Part shown: positions 1-11,799 of the stretch, one piece after another
Position numbering within the stretch: position 1 is the stretch's first letter
Layout of the letters: each line of letters begins with the position of its first letter
Source of the DNA: Eledone cirrhosa
Taxonomy: Eukaryota
Reading direction: 5' to 3'
Assembly (NCBI GenBank): GCA_964016885.1
Contig: OZ024743.1
Coordinates: 12,772,001-12,836,000 of the forward strand
DNA: 64,000 bases
The notes under the pieces: model-generated
The model's input: the letters and a program-made list of their open reading frames with translations, nothing else
Told to the model about the DNA's origin: nothing
The model's database searches: none
Program-made: the position numbers and the translations under genes

Positions 1-2910
1 TTAGCTTCCAGTAACCAGGTCCTAACCTACGCGTCTTATCTAGGTCGACCATACAGATCACAAACTTGTGATCTGAATAGGCGACCGTTTCAAAACGTGG
101 ACAGCTTACACTATTTCTGTCTATTTTCCTAATGAATATCCTGTCTATATACGATCTAGATGACCCTATGCGGTTAGCCCAGGTCCACACTGGCGCATTA
201 GGGAAATCTAGTCGGTACCTGTCAGGTTCTTGAGGCTTTTGCACCCCCCGCTCATATGGGATACTCCCACACAGTCCCAGCGTGCGTCTAAGATGCCGTT
301 CCAGTCCCCCGCTAACAGTAAAGGGCGAGACGTACCCAGAAAGGCTTCCAGGCGTCTAAAGAAGTCCGGCCGTCCTGCCTCAGTAGGAGCATAGACGGCC
401 ACCAGTCTAAAGGCACCACCCTCATTATTGTTCACGTCCAGGACCACCAACTTCCCGTCCGGGTCCCGGAAGATCGACCTTACCTCGAGATCCAGGCCTT
501 TCCTAAACAGCACTGCCACCCTGCCTCCCATTCCCGGCCGGCTAACAGATGCAAAGATCTGATAGTCGTCGAAAATGGGGGCTAGTGCGCGTGTGTTGGA
601 AATCCTGGTCTCGCTGACTGCAATTACATCCATTTCTATAGACCTGAGGTCGTTGAGTAGGTGACCCTGCTTCCAGGACGATCCCAGGCCTCGAACATTT
701 AAACATCCTACTCTTAATACGGCCATGTTGGCAGGTTAAACAGAGAGAGAGGAAGGTTTACTTACCTTCCGGGCTCTTGTGAAGGTCGGGTTGTTCGACC
801 TCCATCAGTCTTGAAGTGGGTTTTACGTTCGGGGTTCCCACGTCCCGAGGAAAGCTGTCTCGTATTTCTTTGAATATGTCGAGCGACATTCGCACCAGAA
901 CCAAATTTTCCGGCACGCGAAATGTGCTCGATTTAAAAATTTCCCCCTCTTTTTGTATATTTTCACTTCGTGCTACGAGGGCCATCAGTTCCTTGTTGGC
1001 CCTCCTGACGAGCACGAAGTTTTGTATGTTTTGTTGGTGTGATTTTATTTGTTTGCGTGGCTGTGGTGGTGATGGTTTTGGTGGTGTTGTTTCGGTTGTA
1101 TCTGTGTTTGTTGTGAGTGCGGTGTCTGTGGTTTCAGATGTTTGTGTGTATATTTGTTCTTCCGTCTGTTTCGGTTGTTTGCGTTTGGGGGATTCTGGTG
1201 ATGGTGATGGTGGTGTTGATGTTGGTGTTATTGGAGAGATGTTTGCGTGGGTGGTGTCTGCGTTTTTTATTGTGGGTGATTTTGCGCTTTGTTGATTTTT
1301 TTTTTAGTGTTTCTTTTTTGTATTTTGGGGGATTTTGGTTTTCCCTTATCTTCACTACTGGTAGATGAGGGGTCTGTGTCTGTAAGTGTGTCTGTATGTA
1401 TGTTTATGGTTTTATTGGTGTGTGTATTTTTTGGAGGAGGGGGAATTTGACAGCTTTCCTGGTTTCCCCCCTGGGTGGTCAATGTTGGTGGTGGTCTTTC
1501 TATATGTGTTGTTGGTGGTTTTGCCGGTGCTGGTGTTGGTTGTGGTCCTCGCCCCGGCGTCGGCAGCAGTGGAGCCTTTCGACCCATTGCCTCTTTTAGC
1601 AGTTGAGGGCAGAAAGCTCGCAAATGGGTTTTTTCCCCACAAACAAAACACTGCGGCCTTTTGCCTTCGGTCATAATGTGAATGACCGTCCCATTCTGAA
1701 GGCGGATGTGGTCTGGGATTGTCTTCACATTCTCGGGCCTGATCTGGAGAAGGATCTCCAGGTCAACCCCGGACCAGTCCTCTCTGGCCGTTCTGGTCAC
1801 TTCTATAGGGACGGTATCCGTCCCCTCCACAATCACACATCCCAGAAGCCACCACATGTCAAGTCCTGGTGGGATTCTGGGAATGCGGAGACGGGCCGTT
1901 CTTTTTCCCATGTGGGAGGGGTACATTATGACCTTGCTGGTTTTGCAAGGAGTCGTAGCGGTTTCATAGCGAGGGCTTCTGACTTAAACAACAGCGAAAT
2001 GGTGCCGTACTGTCTGCCCCTCTCTATGTATTCGGTGTCTTCTCTGATGCACCTCAGCGCGACTTGGGAATCTTCTTGCGGGATTAAAGCTGCCCTTTTG
2101 GTTTGTGCTAAGATGCATCTATAATGCACCGTTCTGCGCTCCACTGCCTCAATAGCTTCTACCGGGACAGTTAAGTTGGCCCAGGTTTGCTCTTGCTTGA
2201 TGAGCTTCCATGCCTGGGCCAACTTTTCATCTTTGTTTGAGAGGTCCATGTTGAAGCATGGCCTCTTTTTTGCTGCTGCCGCAGCGAAAGTGTTCTTCTT
2301 GTTTTCGTTGGGGGTCTTGTTGTCGTTGTCGTTGTCGTTGTACTTGTTGGTGTTGTTGTTATCACTGTCGCTGTTATCATTGTTGTCTTTGGTGCCACCG
2401 TTGTTCTCGGTGCAGTTGGTATTGTTGCTGTTGGTGTTGTCGCTATTTGTTTCCATGTTAGTGGTGTTGATATTGTTGTTGCATTTATTATTTTTTTTGT
2501 TGTTATCTGTATTTTCGTTGTCGCTGTTACTGTCATTTTTTTCAAAATTAGAGTTCTCATTGGTGTCTTTGTTTACTTTGATTGTGGTGGTGTTTGTGTT
2601 ATCAATTTGTGTTAATTTCGCTGTAGCGCTCCTCTCAACTTCTACGTCGTTGTCGCACGACAACAGACACATCGCTGGGGGGGGGGGGGGGGCGTGGCTC
2701 AGCCATGTTTTTTTTTCTCCGTAAATTTTTTAACATGTAAAAAAAATTATCAAATATTTGGGCCAAAAGGCCCAAATATTATACTTTCCCCTTCACAGGG
2801 CAAAGTTTAAGGGCTTATATCCCTTAGACAACAAGAAATATTTAACAACAAATAATTTTAACAGGCAAATAAAGCGACTTTGGGAGCGAGCAAAATACGT
2901 CCGCTTAGAC
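1..2910 (-). mobile_element. Tx1/L1-clade non-LTR retrotransposon, 5' part (5'UTR, frameshifted ORF1, start of ORF2); runs off the window start
   Basis: ORFs 2672-1926, 1926-1267 (CCHC knuckle CFVCGEKTHLRAFC) and 1015-758 form a broken gag-like ORF1. ORF 726-208 starts an APE endonuclease (CLNVRGL, VSETR, VYAP, AGDWN). Closely similar to the copy at 47690-53515. Confidence 0.9.
208..726 (-). pseudogene. APE-type endonuclease domain of Tx1 ORF2 (frameshifted)
   Basis: NVRGL, SET, YAP and GDWN motifs; YIDRIF and SDH continue out of frame toward position 1. Confidence 0.88.
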
Positions 2911-3319
2911 CAATAATAATAATAATAACAACAATAGCTACAGCAGCCTGTTTTTACAGTTTTAACAGAACAATGAAAATAATCCAAGTCAGTGTTTGCT
3001 TCAGATAGAAGACACGCCTTTCGTTAAAAGATTCATAGTTGGTCGCAGTGTTAGTATATTTGGATTACACTTGTCGATCATATACTAAGACAAGTTCGTA
3101 ATTCATTGAAAACAGTGCTGCACCTTATAATGTTTCATGTTGCAGTAGTAAAGATACTTCAATGCAATACCCTAAAATAAATATCAAAATCTCCTAGATT
3201 CTATATTATGTGAGATAAAGTGTTTACCGTGAAAATATAATAGTAAATATTCTACATTAGTAGTAATATACAGCACAGAATGAATCATAATTAACTGGGT
3301 GATGTCTAAAAACATCTGA

Positions 3320-3785
3320 CTGGTAAAATGACAAGTCAGTCAATCACATTGCAGTAGTTAGGGTACGTCACCAGTATGAAGCATCATCCTCTGTCCAGTA
3401 TCACGCTGTACGATGAATTCCCCACTGGCCAACGTAATAGGAGGGGGGGGGGGGCAAAGGAAGCGATACAAGGACTGTTTAAAAAAAAGGCCTGTCACGG
3501 CGACCATCGATGGTGGTCCACCCTAGCTGAGGACCGTGACCCCAGGCATCTCAACATCAAACATGCTGTCTGCTCCTTCGAAAACTTCCGGAGAGCCACC
3601 CACAAGGACAGAAGGCACAGGAGGAAGAACGACAACACCAAATCATCAAAACCTGACCAAACCTTCAACTGATGCCGTGCCTGCCTGCCTGCCCCTCTTT
3701 GGCCTGAACAGTTACATGCGTACCTGCAGTCAACGTGGACCACCCCCTTCATAATCTTCCTTCACGAAGCCAAGCCATGATGAGT
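3320..3785 (+). mobile_element. RTE-clade LINE 3' fragment, decayed
   Basis: Broken frames resemble the RTE C-terminus (LGYVTSM..H.L..ITLY.E..TG.RNRG...KRYKDC), a terminal Cys/His finger remnant, and a following (AGT)n tract. Confidence 0.65.
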
Positions 3786-4301
3786 AGTAATAGTAGTAGT
3801 ATTAGAAGTAGTAGTAGCAGTAGTTGTTATCGCAACAGCAGTAGTAGTAGTTGTAGTTCTTGTAGTTGTTGATGTTAGTGTGTAGGATAAGGGTCTTTAA
3901 GGAAAGGCTAAGAATCGCCATTGTCTAATTAGGAAACGTCATGAACATATTTCATTTGGTATTTCGGAATGTTTACCAGAAGTTATATTTCTGGAGAAGA
4001 GACATTTTATTTGATAGAAGATCGTAACTCTTGATAGAAGAGTCACTGCTATTGCGGTGACAGGAAGCGGGATCTAATGTCACAATGCATTTATAGATTT
4101 CGCTATGACATATCTCTTCGAGTTGGTTCTTTATCGCAATAGCTGTGGGTTAATTGATGACTGCAGATGAGAGATTTAGCTTCAAACAAAAGCAATAAGC
4201 AATCATAAACTTCTTCTTCTTCTTCTTTAGTATGATGGTAACCCACTAACTTACGAACCATTACGTAACACACATAAATGCCCCCTCCCCATATATAGAG
4301 T

Positions 4302-4440
4302 GAAGGCGTGTGGCCCATTGGTTAGAGAACTGGATTCGCAATCGTGAGATTGTCAGTTCGACTCCTAGACCGGGCGATGCGTTATGTCCTTGAGCAAGAC
4401 ACTTTATTTCACGTTGCTCATTCTACCTGGAGTTGCAACC
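4302..4440 (+). mobile_element. tRNA-derived SINE (second family)
   Basis: A-box-like TGGCCCATTGG, B-box-like GTTCGACTCC, then a TGTCCTTGAGCAAGACACT core typical of metazoan SINEs. Confidence 0.6.
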
Positions 4441-4704
4441 GATAGATAGTATTAGCAATTGGAAACATTGTAAACATTGTTTCCTCGGTCCGATTTGACG
4501 AAAGTAGATCGATCCTTTATTTTATATACATATATGTATATATATATATCAGAAGATCCCGTTAAGGGTGAAAGCAGTTATTCTTTGCTCCAACTTTAAT
4601 CTGTTATTTTAATAAATATTTGCTCTAGGGTTCTTATATATTTGATATATATATTTATCCTTATCAAGCCCTCTTTAGATTTTAGTCTTCCCATTTATTA
4701 TTAT

Positions 4705-4774
<70 letters not shown>

Positions 4775-5287
4775 TTGGGCATTGTCATAGGAACTTCAAG
4801 GCAACAAGAAGCTGTTCGTTGATCCTACTCTACTCTTGCAGAACCTTTCATAAGAATCCCGTGGAACATGGTCGTATGCTTTTTCGAGGTCCACGAAACT
4901 ATCATACTCCCACAATTACTTGGAGAGCTACAATAGAGTGAATATTGGTCGAACCTGCTCTGTTCGGGGTGAAAATCACATTGTTTGAGAGCTAGCACTG
5001 TTCGAGAGCTAGCTTGAACTCGGCAATATTCCAATATAAAAAAATGCAATGATAACCAGAGAACAAAATAAACTTGCTGCAAGTCACAGATGTATTATTT
5101 TAGGTATACACTACTTCTGACAAACTGAAAACCCTACAACATACTCTAATATATAGGTGTTAATCATATGTGGCTGTAGTGTGATTGTCTGAGTATGTTG
5201 TACACTCTACATTGTCCAGTAACGTTTTTGTACGCCCGTTGTTGTTGCTGCTATTTGTTATTATTGTTATTATATAACTATACATAA

Positions 5288-5935
5288 GGGCGATGGATTG
5301 GCAGTATCAGTAGAGGGTCGGCCGTTATGCTTTGCAGCATAGAGTTACGGCCCTTTATGATCTGAGTTCGAATCCCGCCGAGGTTAACTTTGCCTTTCAT
5401 CCTTACGGGGTCGATAAAATAAAGTACCAGTAATACACTGGGATAATTGCTGGCCAAGTAAAAACAGTTTTTATATAACTATACAGGGTGGTGGATTGGC
5501 AGTATTGGTAGAGGGTCGGACGTCATGCTTTGGAGCATAGAGTTAGGGAATTTATGATCTGAGTTCAAATCCCGCCAAAGTTAACTTTGCCTTTCATCCT
5601 TACGGGGTCGATAAAATAAAGTACCAGTCACGTACTGGGGTCGATTTAATCGACTTTCCCCTCCCCTCAAATTGCTGGCATTGTGCCTATAGAAGAAACC
5701 GTTATTTTTATATAACTATACAGGGCGGATGATTGGCAGTATCGGTAGAAGGTCGGTTGTCAGGCTTTGCAGCATAGAGTTACGGCCTTTATGATCTGAG
5801 TTCAAATCCCGCTGAGGTTAACTTTGCCTTTCATCCTTACGGAGGTTCAAAATAAAGTACCAGTCATGCACTGGGGTCGATTTAATCGACTCCCCAAGTT
5901 GCTGGCGTTGTGCCTATATAAGAAACCGTTATTAT
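5288..5935 (+). mobile_element. Three tandem Nin-domain tRNA-SINEs
   Basis: Three units with TGGCAGTATC.GTAGA, GTTC(G/A)AATCCCGC and the Nin/Deu-like core GCCTTTCATCCTTACGGGGTCGATAAAATAAAGTACCAG. Confidence 0.85.
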
Positions 5936-6628
5936 ATAAATATACATCAGCTCTGATTGAGCAGAGTCTCGGCTGAAAGACGAAGCAACACAGGCAAATG
6001 TAACCAAAGATTCAATGAAGTATTTCAATACCATATATCCTCAGAACTGTAATATGATTAATATAGGTGTGTGATACTTCTTCTGATGAAATAAATAAAT
6101 AAAAATAAAAACAAAATATGTTGGGATGGTGACATTCTTTAGACAACACGGCTGTAAGACATTCAATGTATGGATTAAAGAGTCAAAGACTAGCCGAAAT
6201 AGAAGAAATATCAGCAAACCAGTGTTAGAATCATGCAATAGTAGGTATTATTCAGGTTATCAATAAACAAGAATTAATAATATCGAGAGCACAAAATTCC
6301 AGCTGATAAATTCTCTCTGCACGCAGCTTGAAGCTATATCCTTACATTCATATTAATCAAAATTGATTTTGAGATATATCATCGGGTGGAAAATAGACCA
6401 GTAGAGTTTAAGGTGTGAGGTTTGTAATACTCGGGAAACATTATACTGTATTCATGAAGACCATATTAATATTAATTTTATTGTGAATACAGTTTTAAAA
6501 AGATGGAGAATCGAAACCCACTGTAGGGAATATGGCTGAGCATGCAAACGTGAAATAAAAAAACAATGTATATAGTTCATCCAATAACATGAATTCACGT
6601 ACTGACGCAAGCACATACCCGCCTTAGA

Positions 6629-6663
<35 letters not shown>

Positions 6664-7129
6664 GAGAGAGGGCGAGAGGAAGAGACACATCCATATATAT
6701 GTATCTCTCTCTCTTTCTATATATATATATATATATATATGTATCTATCTTTCTTTCTCTCTCTCTCTCTATATATATAAATAAAATAGCAAAGTTGTTA
6801 GAGAATCGTATAGAATTCCTTGCACTGTTTATTTCGAAGCTCGACGTTCTTAGTTCAAAATTTTCCAACTTCGGCGCCGATAAAGAAGTACCGGTGAACT
6901 AGTAGCTTGATTCCTCACTCTGTCTCTCCTTCTCTTTTATGCATGCACATTCTCTCTCTATCTCTCTCCCTCTTCTATTTTACTGCTTAAGAGTAGACTG
7001 CGCTGCGTCGTGAGAAGAACGCCGGCGACCATTCACAGTGTATCCTCCTCTAAGACTGCAACGTCTTCTCTATAACAGTGGACATTACACACGCTGACGC
7101 TTTTCTAGAGAATACCGTATGATGATATA

Positions 7130-7490
7130 TAATTGTTTCTACATTTGGTACAACGCCAGCAATTTGGAGGGAAGGGAAAAGTCACTTAAATCAACCCCAG
7201 TGCGTTACTCGTACTTTATTTTATCGACAGCATAAGGATGAAAGACAAAGCTAGTCTAGGATTTCTACACCACCCTAATGATGATATATAATGGTTTCTG
7301 ATTTAGGTACAAGGACAACAATTGTTTGGGAAAGAAAAAGTTAATTAGAGCCCGGTGCATTACTGGTATTTTATTTTATCGACCCCGTAAGGAAGAAAGG
7401 CAAAGCTAACCTCGGCGGTATTTGTATTCAGAACGTAAAAGACCGTAACTCTATGCTGCAGAGCATGGTGTCTGCCAATCCACTGTCCTA
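7130..7490 (-). mobile_element. Two Nin-domain SINE copies (one partial)
   Basis: Reverse-complement core TACTTTATTTTATCGAC...AAGG..GAAAG.CAAAG at about 7210 and 7365. Confidence 0.75.
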
Positions 7491-9099
7491 ATGATGATAT
7501 ATAATGTAATATGAACATATGCACGTGCGTGTATGTGGACGCGTACGCATGCGTGCTCAGAAACCGAACAGAGAGCAAAAGTAAGAAGAAGAGAAAGACA
7601 GAATCCTAGAGGCAAAGGTAAAGAAACTGAGAAACGTAATAGTTAAAGAGAGAGTGTGTGTAAGAGAGATATATGTAAAGAAAAATAGATGGCAGAGATA
7701 ATGATAAGATTTAGTGCCAACAGAAATTGATAGAAGGAAGCGGCAATGGCCGTGACCTCATGAAGATAGTTAGATAGAGAGAGATAGAGAGGAGAGAGAG
7801 AGAGCAGACAAAAAATCACGTGATCGATGGTCATGAAAAAGAAACACAAGGTTATTTTCTTTGTTTTCTACTGATGTTTATGGTATATCATAGCTGATAT
7901 CTCATTTTTAATGTTGCTTATTGTACATCACATACATTTAAGGAAAATATTGGAAAAAAGAAAGAAAATAGCGTTGGTATATTGTTGATAAAGCTGACAT
8001 GCTAAAAATAATAGTCGCTTTTACTCAACTCCAGTGTTAGCATCATGCTATCGTCGGTTTTATACACATTATCAATGACCGAAAATTAATAATCTCGAAA
8101 GCGTAAAATTCCAACTGATAAATTTTTCACTTCCCGCAGCTTGAAGCAGTAAGTTACATTTGTATTAATCAAAATTGATTTCTAGATATCACTGAATGAA
8201 ATAAAAAAGCTAGTCCAGAAGATATTGAGGTGAGAGGTTTGTAATACTCTAGAAAGGAAAAAAAAATATATTGTGTACATGATGCTTATGGGGACAGGTA
8301 GACTGTGTTAATAATAAATTTATAGTGAATCTACAATACCTTCAGTCACCATTGGGAGTGCTGTATCTGTCATGGCATATGCAACAAATTCAGTAGCTTC
8401 TTCATCAATATTGTCCAAAACCACCATATGAGATTCCTCAGCCATCACTTACTGTCATAAAAATCTATTATTTTCTTCATACTTATTTTTGTATTTCTTT
8501 GGTTTTTTCTCAAATTGTCTATTTTTTGTTTCATTATTGCTTTTTTTAATTTTCGAGCCGTTAGAACCATGGACAAAATATCTAGTAGTATTTTCTCCGA
8601 CTCTGAGTTCAAATACTGTTGAGGTTCACTTTGCTTTTCATAATTTCAGGGTCGATAAAATATAAGACTAGCCCAGAAATGTAGACTGGTAAAATTGTTA
8701 CAGCGTTGTGACTTCTTGATTAGTAGACGTCGTCTGGTTTAAAACACCATCACTTGAGATAATAAATGATTTTAAAAGAGAAATTTATCCTCAAACCGGA
8801 GACCAGACTCGAATGCTTGTAACAGAGTTACAAGATTCCGGGTCTGATCTCCCGTTTGAAGATATCTTCCTCTCTACCTCCTACCAGCCAAGAGGACCCT
8901 AAAAGAACAAAGAGCCATGAACACCGGCCTTTCCTCATTGACTAAGCGATAACGAAATGTATTAAGCTATATACTATACAATGTAATGAACATTGAGCAT
9001 GGGAATAATAATATTGTTAGGATAACTGATCTGGAAGAGGAACATGAAATAAAACCTGATACAAATCTCTCTCCCAGGAACATTGGAAGACTCTAAATG

Positions 9100-9700
9100 C
9101 TCGAACAAAATAAAAAAAATGAACCAATTCACTGAGAATGTTGTACATGGGTACTTGAAACAAAAATCACAGACTATAGAGGGGATAAACCATATTAGAA
9201 GCCTGACATTGACTTCCCCACCAAGTACCCACTGCATAAAATTGGATCGTCATCAGTTGACAATAAATGTAATTTGTGCGAAACAAAGATAAAGATGTTA
9301 GCCATATTATTGTCAACTGTGAAAGAATGTCTTCTTGTTACAACCTTCACATGAGGCTAGAATGATCTGAAATGCATTATGGAAGATGACAATCAAATCA
9401 AATAGGGAAGAATAATTTGAGACTGATGGCCCAAAGGAATACTGATGGAACCCAAAGATAAAAACTCCCACCAGATTAAAACATAACCAGCTTGGGACCA
9501 CAAATTAAAAACATGCTCTGTTGAAGAAGTCAGCTGCCCTCTTGATGACAATGTGGTACGGACAATGAAAGAGGAGGATATCTACGGACCATTCATGAGG
9601 ACTTTGCAGATCCATCATTATTGGAGTTACAGGTTATATATCAACCTGTCTGAACCAAAGTATAACTGAACTTGGCTTTGTGGAGAAATAACGTCACTTC
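9100..9700 (+). mobile_element. Decayed fragment of an RLE-type (R4/NeSL-like) non-LTR element
   Basis: Frameshifted CCHC motif KCNLCETK../DVSHIIVNC at about 9265-9320; the rest is heavily decayed. Confidence 0.35.
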
Positions 9701-10480
9701 TTAATTCATAAGCTACAAATGACCGCGATATCTGGAAGTTTCAAAATTTGACGACAAGAGACGACAATTTCCTTTTCTTTACAAACTTGCCACCGAGAAG
9801 GTGGCCAGTCAAAAATAAACTCAAAATCAAGAGAAAGAGAGAACAACAGAAATCATGCATGCATACATACATGCAAACCTACATACATGCAAATATACAT
9901 ACACACATGCATACAGTCATGCATTCATACATATGTGCATGTAAACATACATACATACATATACATACATACAAATACATACATATACACACATACATAT
10001 ACATACATACATAGATATACATACATACATACATATACATACATACATACATAAACGCTGACATGCATGCGTATAATCATGCATATATATACAGATACGT
10101 ATATATTTCAATTTCAATGATAGAGCTATGTTTCTTAATTAGAGACCAGCCCCTTTGTAGGAAGAACTCAAAGAATAAAAAAAAAAGATAGCACGCATAC
10201 ATAAATATATATATAATATGCATGCATAGACACACAAAAAATATAAACATACATTTATATTTTTGTTTTTAGAGTCCAGCTTTATCCGGTTATTTTTGTC
10301 TAATTTCCAATTAAAGAACCTAGTTTCTTACTTATAGACTGGTTCTTTCTTTATTGGAGAAATTTGAAAACAATTCCAAAGAACGAACAGATAGAGAGGT
10401 AGAGAAATAAGTAGAAAGATAGGTCGATAGATAGATATAGATAGATATATTGACAGCTACATACATACATATATACATAC

Positions 10481-10556
<76 letters not shown>

Positions 10557-10562
10557 ACATAT

Positions 10563-10640
<78 letters not shown>

Positions 10641-10642
<2 letters not shown>

Positions 10643-10858
10643 TGGCTGCCAACTCGTTTTCGAGTACGGCTACTACTTTATATCCATGTAGGAGAACCTC
10701 TACTGATGCGCTAAACAAGTGTGACTTTTAGTCCAGCCAGCGACTTGAAAACTCTGGTACAAACACTACACTTGTGACAATTATTGACACATTGTACTGG
10801 GCCCATGGTACCATGTGACGACAAGTGCAGAGAGATATCCAGATATAAAGCAATGCCT
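10641..10858 (-). mobile_element. 3' end of an RTE-like element, inserted in (TA)n
   Basis: Encodes a finger-like [15 protein letters not shown]; closely matches 18984-19201. Confidence 0.65.
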
Positions 10859-11167
10859 ACATACATACATAGATACATACATACATATATATACATACAT
10901 ATATAAACAGATATTGGTGATGATGATGATGATGTATATATTTGTACATAGATACATACATATATATATACATGTTGGTACCACAACATCCAGCCCGAAA
11001 CAAATGAGGTCGTGTAGGTGTCACGACAAAAAAAAACACACAGTCCACGCTGTAATGTGGCCGTGTAGGTAACATGGTAAAAAGTTCCCAGTTCCACACT
11101 GTAAACGTGGTTGGTGCCAGGAAGGGCATCCAGCCGCAGAAAACCCGCCAGACAGTCCTATACGAGC

Positions 11168-11266
<99 letters not shown>

Positions 11267-11357
11267 GTAGAAGGGATATTTAATTTGTTGGAAGTCCGAC
11301 AAATATAAATGTTTATAATTGATTTAGAGCACTCAACACGTTACTGGAGTAAATATT

Positions 11358-11613
11358 CAATGATATTAAATAAATGGAAACTATATTTATAAAACCATAT
11401 ATATTTTATATTGACATACCCATGAAAATCATACCATATCGGTTGAATTTCCAACCGATAAGGCATGATTTTCATGGGTATGTCTCTATTTATAAAACAC
11501 ACTTTGTATTTCATCCAATGAAAGCGTACCAATGTTGTCTTGGTACCCTTGAAATATATATAATAAAATATATATGGTTTTATAAATATAGTTTCCATTT
11601 ATTTAATATCATT
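11358..11613. repeat. Nested inverted-repeat element with a degenerate hammerhead
   Basis: About 50-bp outer inverted arms, an inner hairpin at 11413-11484, and a hammerhead-like motif at 11507-11570 with CCAATGA in place of CTGATGA. Confidence 0.75.
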
Positions 11614-11714
11614 GTGTATATATATATTATATATATATATGTATATATATATATAAGTATATATATATATATATAAGTATATATATATATATATAAGTAT
11701 ATATATATATATAA

Positions 11715-11791
<77 letters not shown>

Positions 11792-11799
11792 CACACACT

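Noticed and set aside
816-2724. Hydrophobic plus-strand ORFs (also 36025-36448, 47977-48324, 49110-49610)
   Set aside because: Antisense shadows of AAC/ACC-rich Tx1 ORF1
5288-5935. tRNA genes or CRISPR-like array
   Set aside because: SINE heads lack a full cloverleaf; there is no repeat-spacer periodicity and no cas genes, and the DNA is eukaryotic
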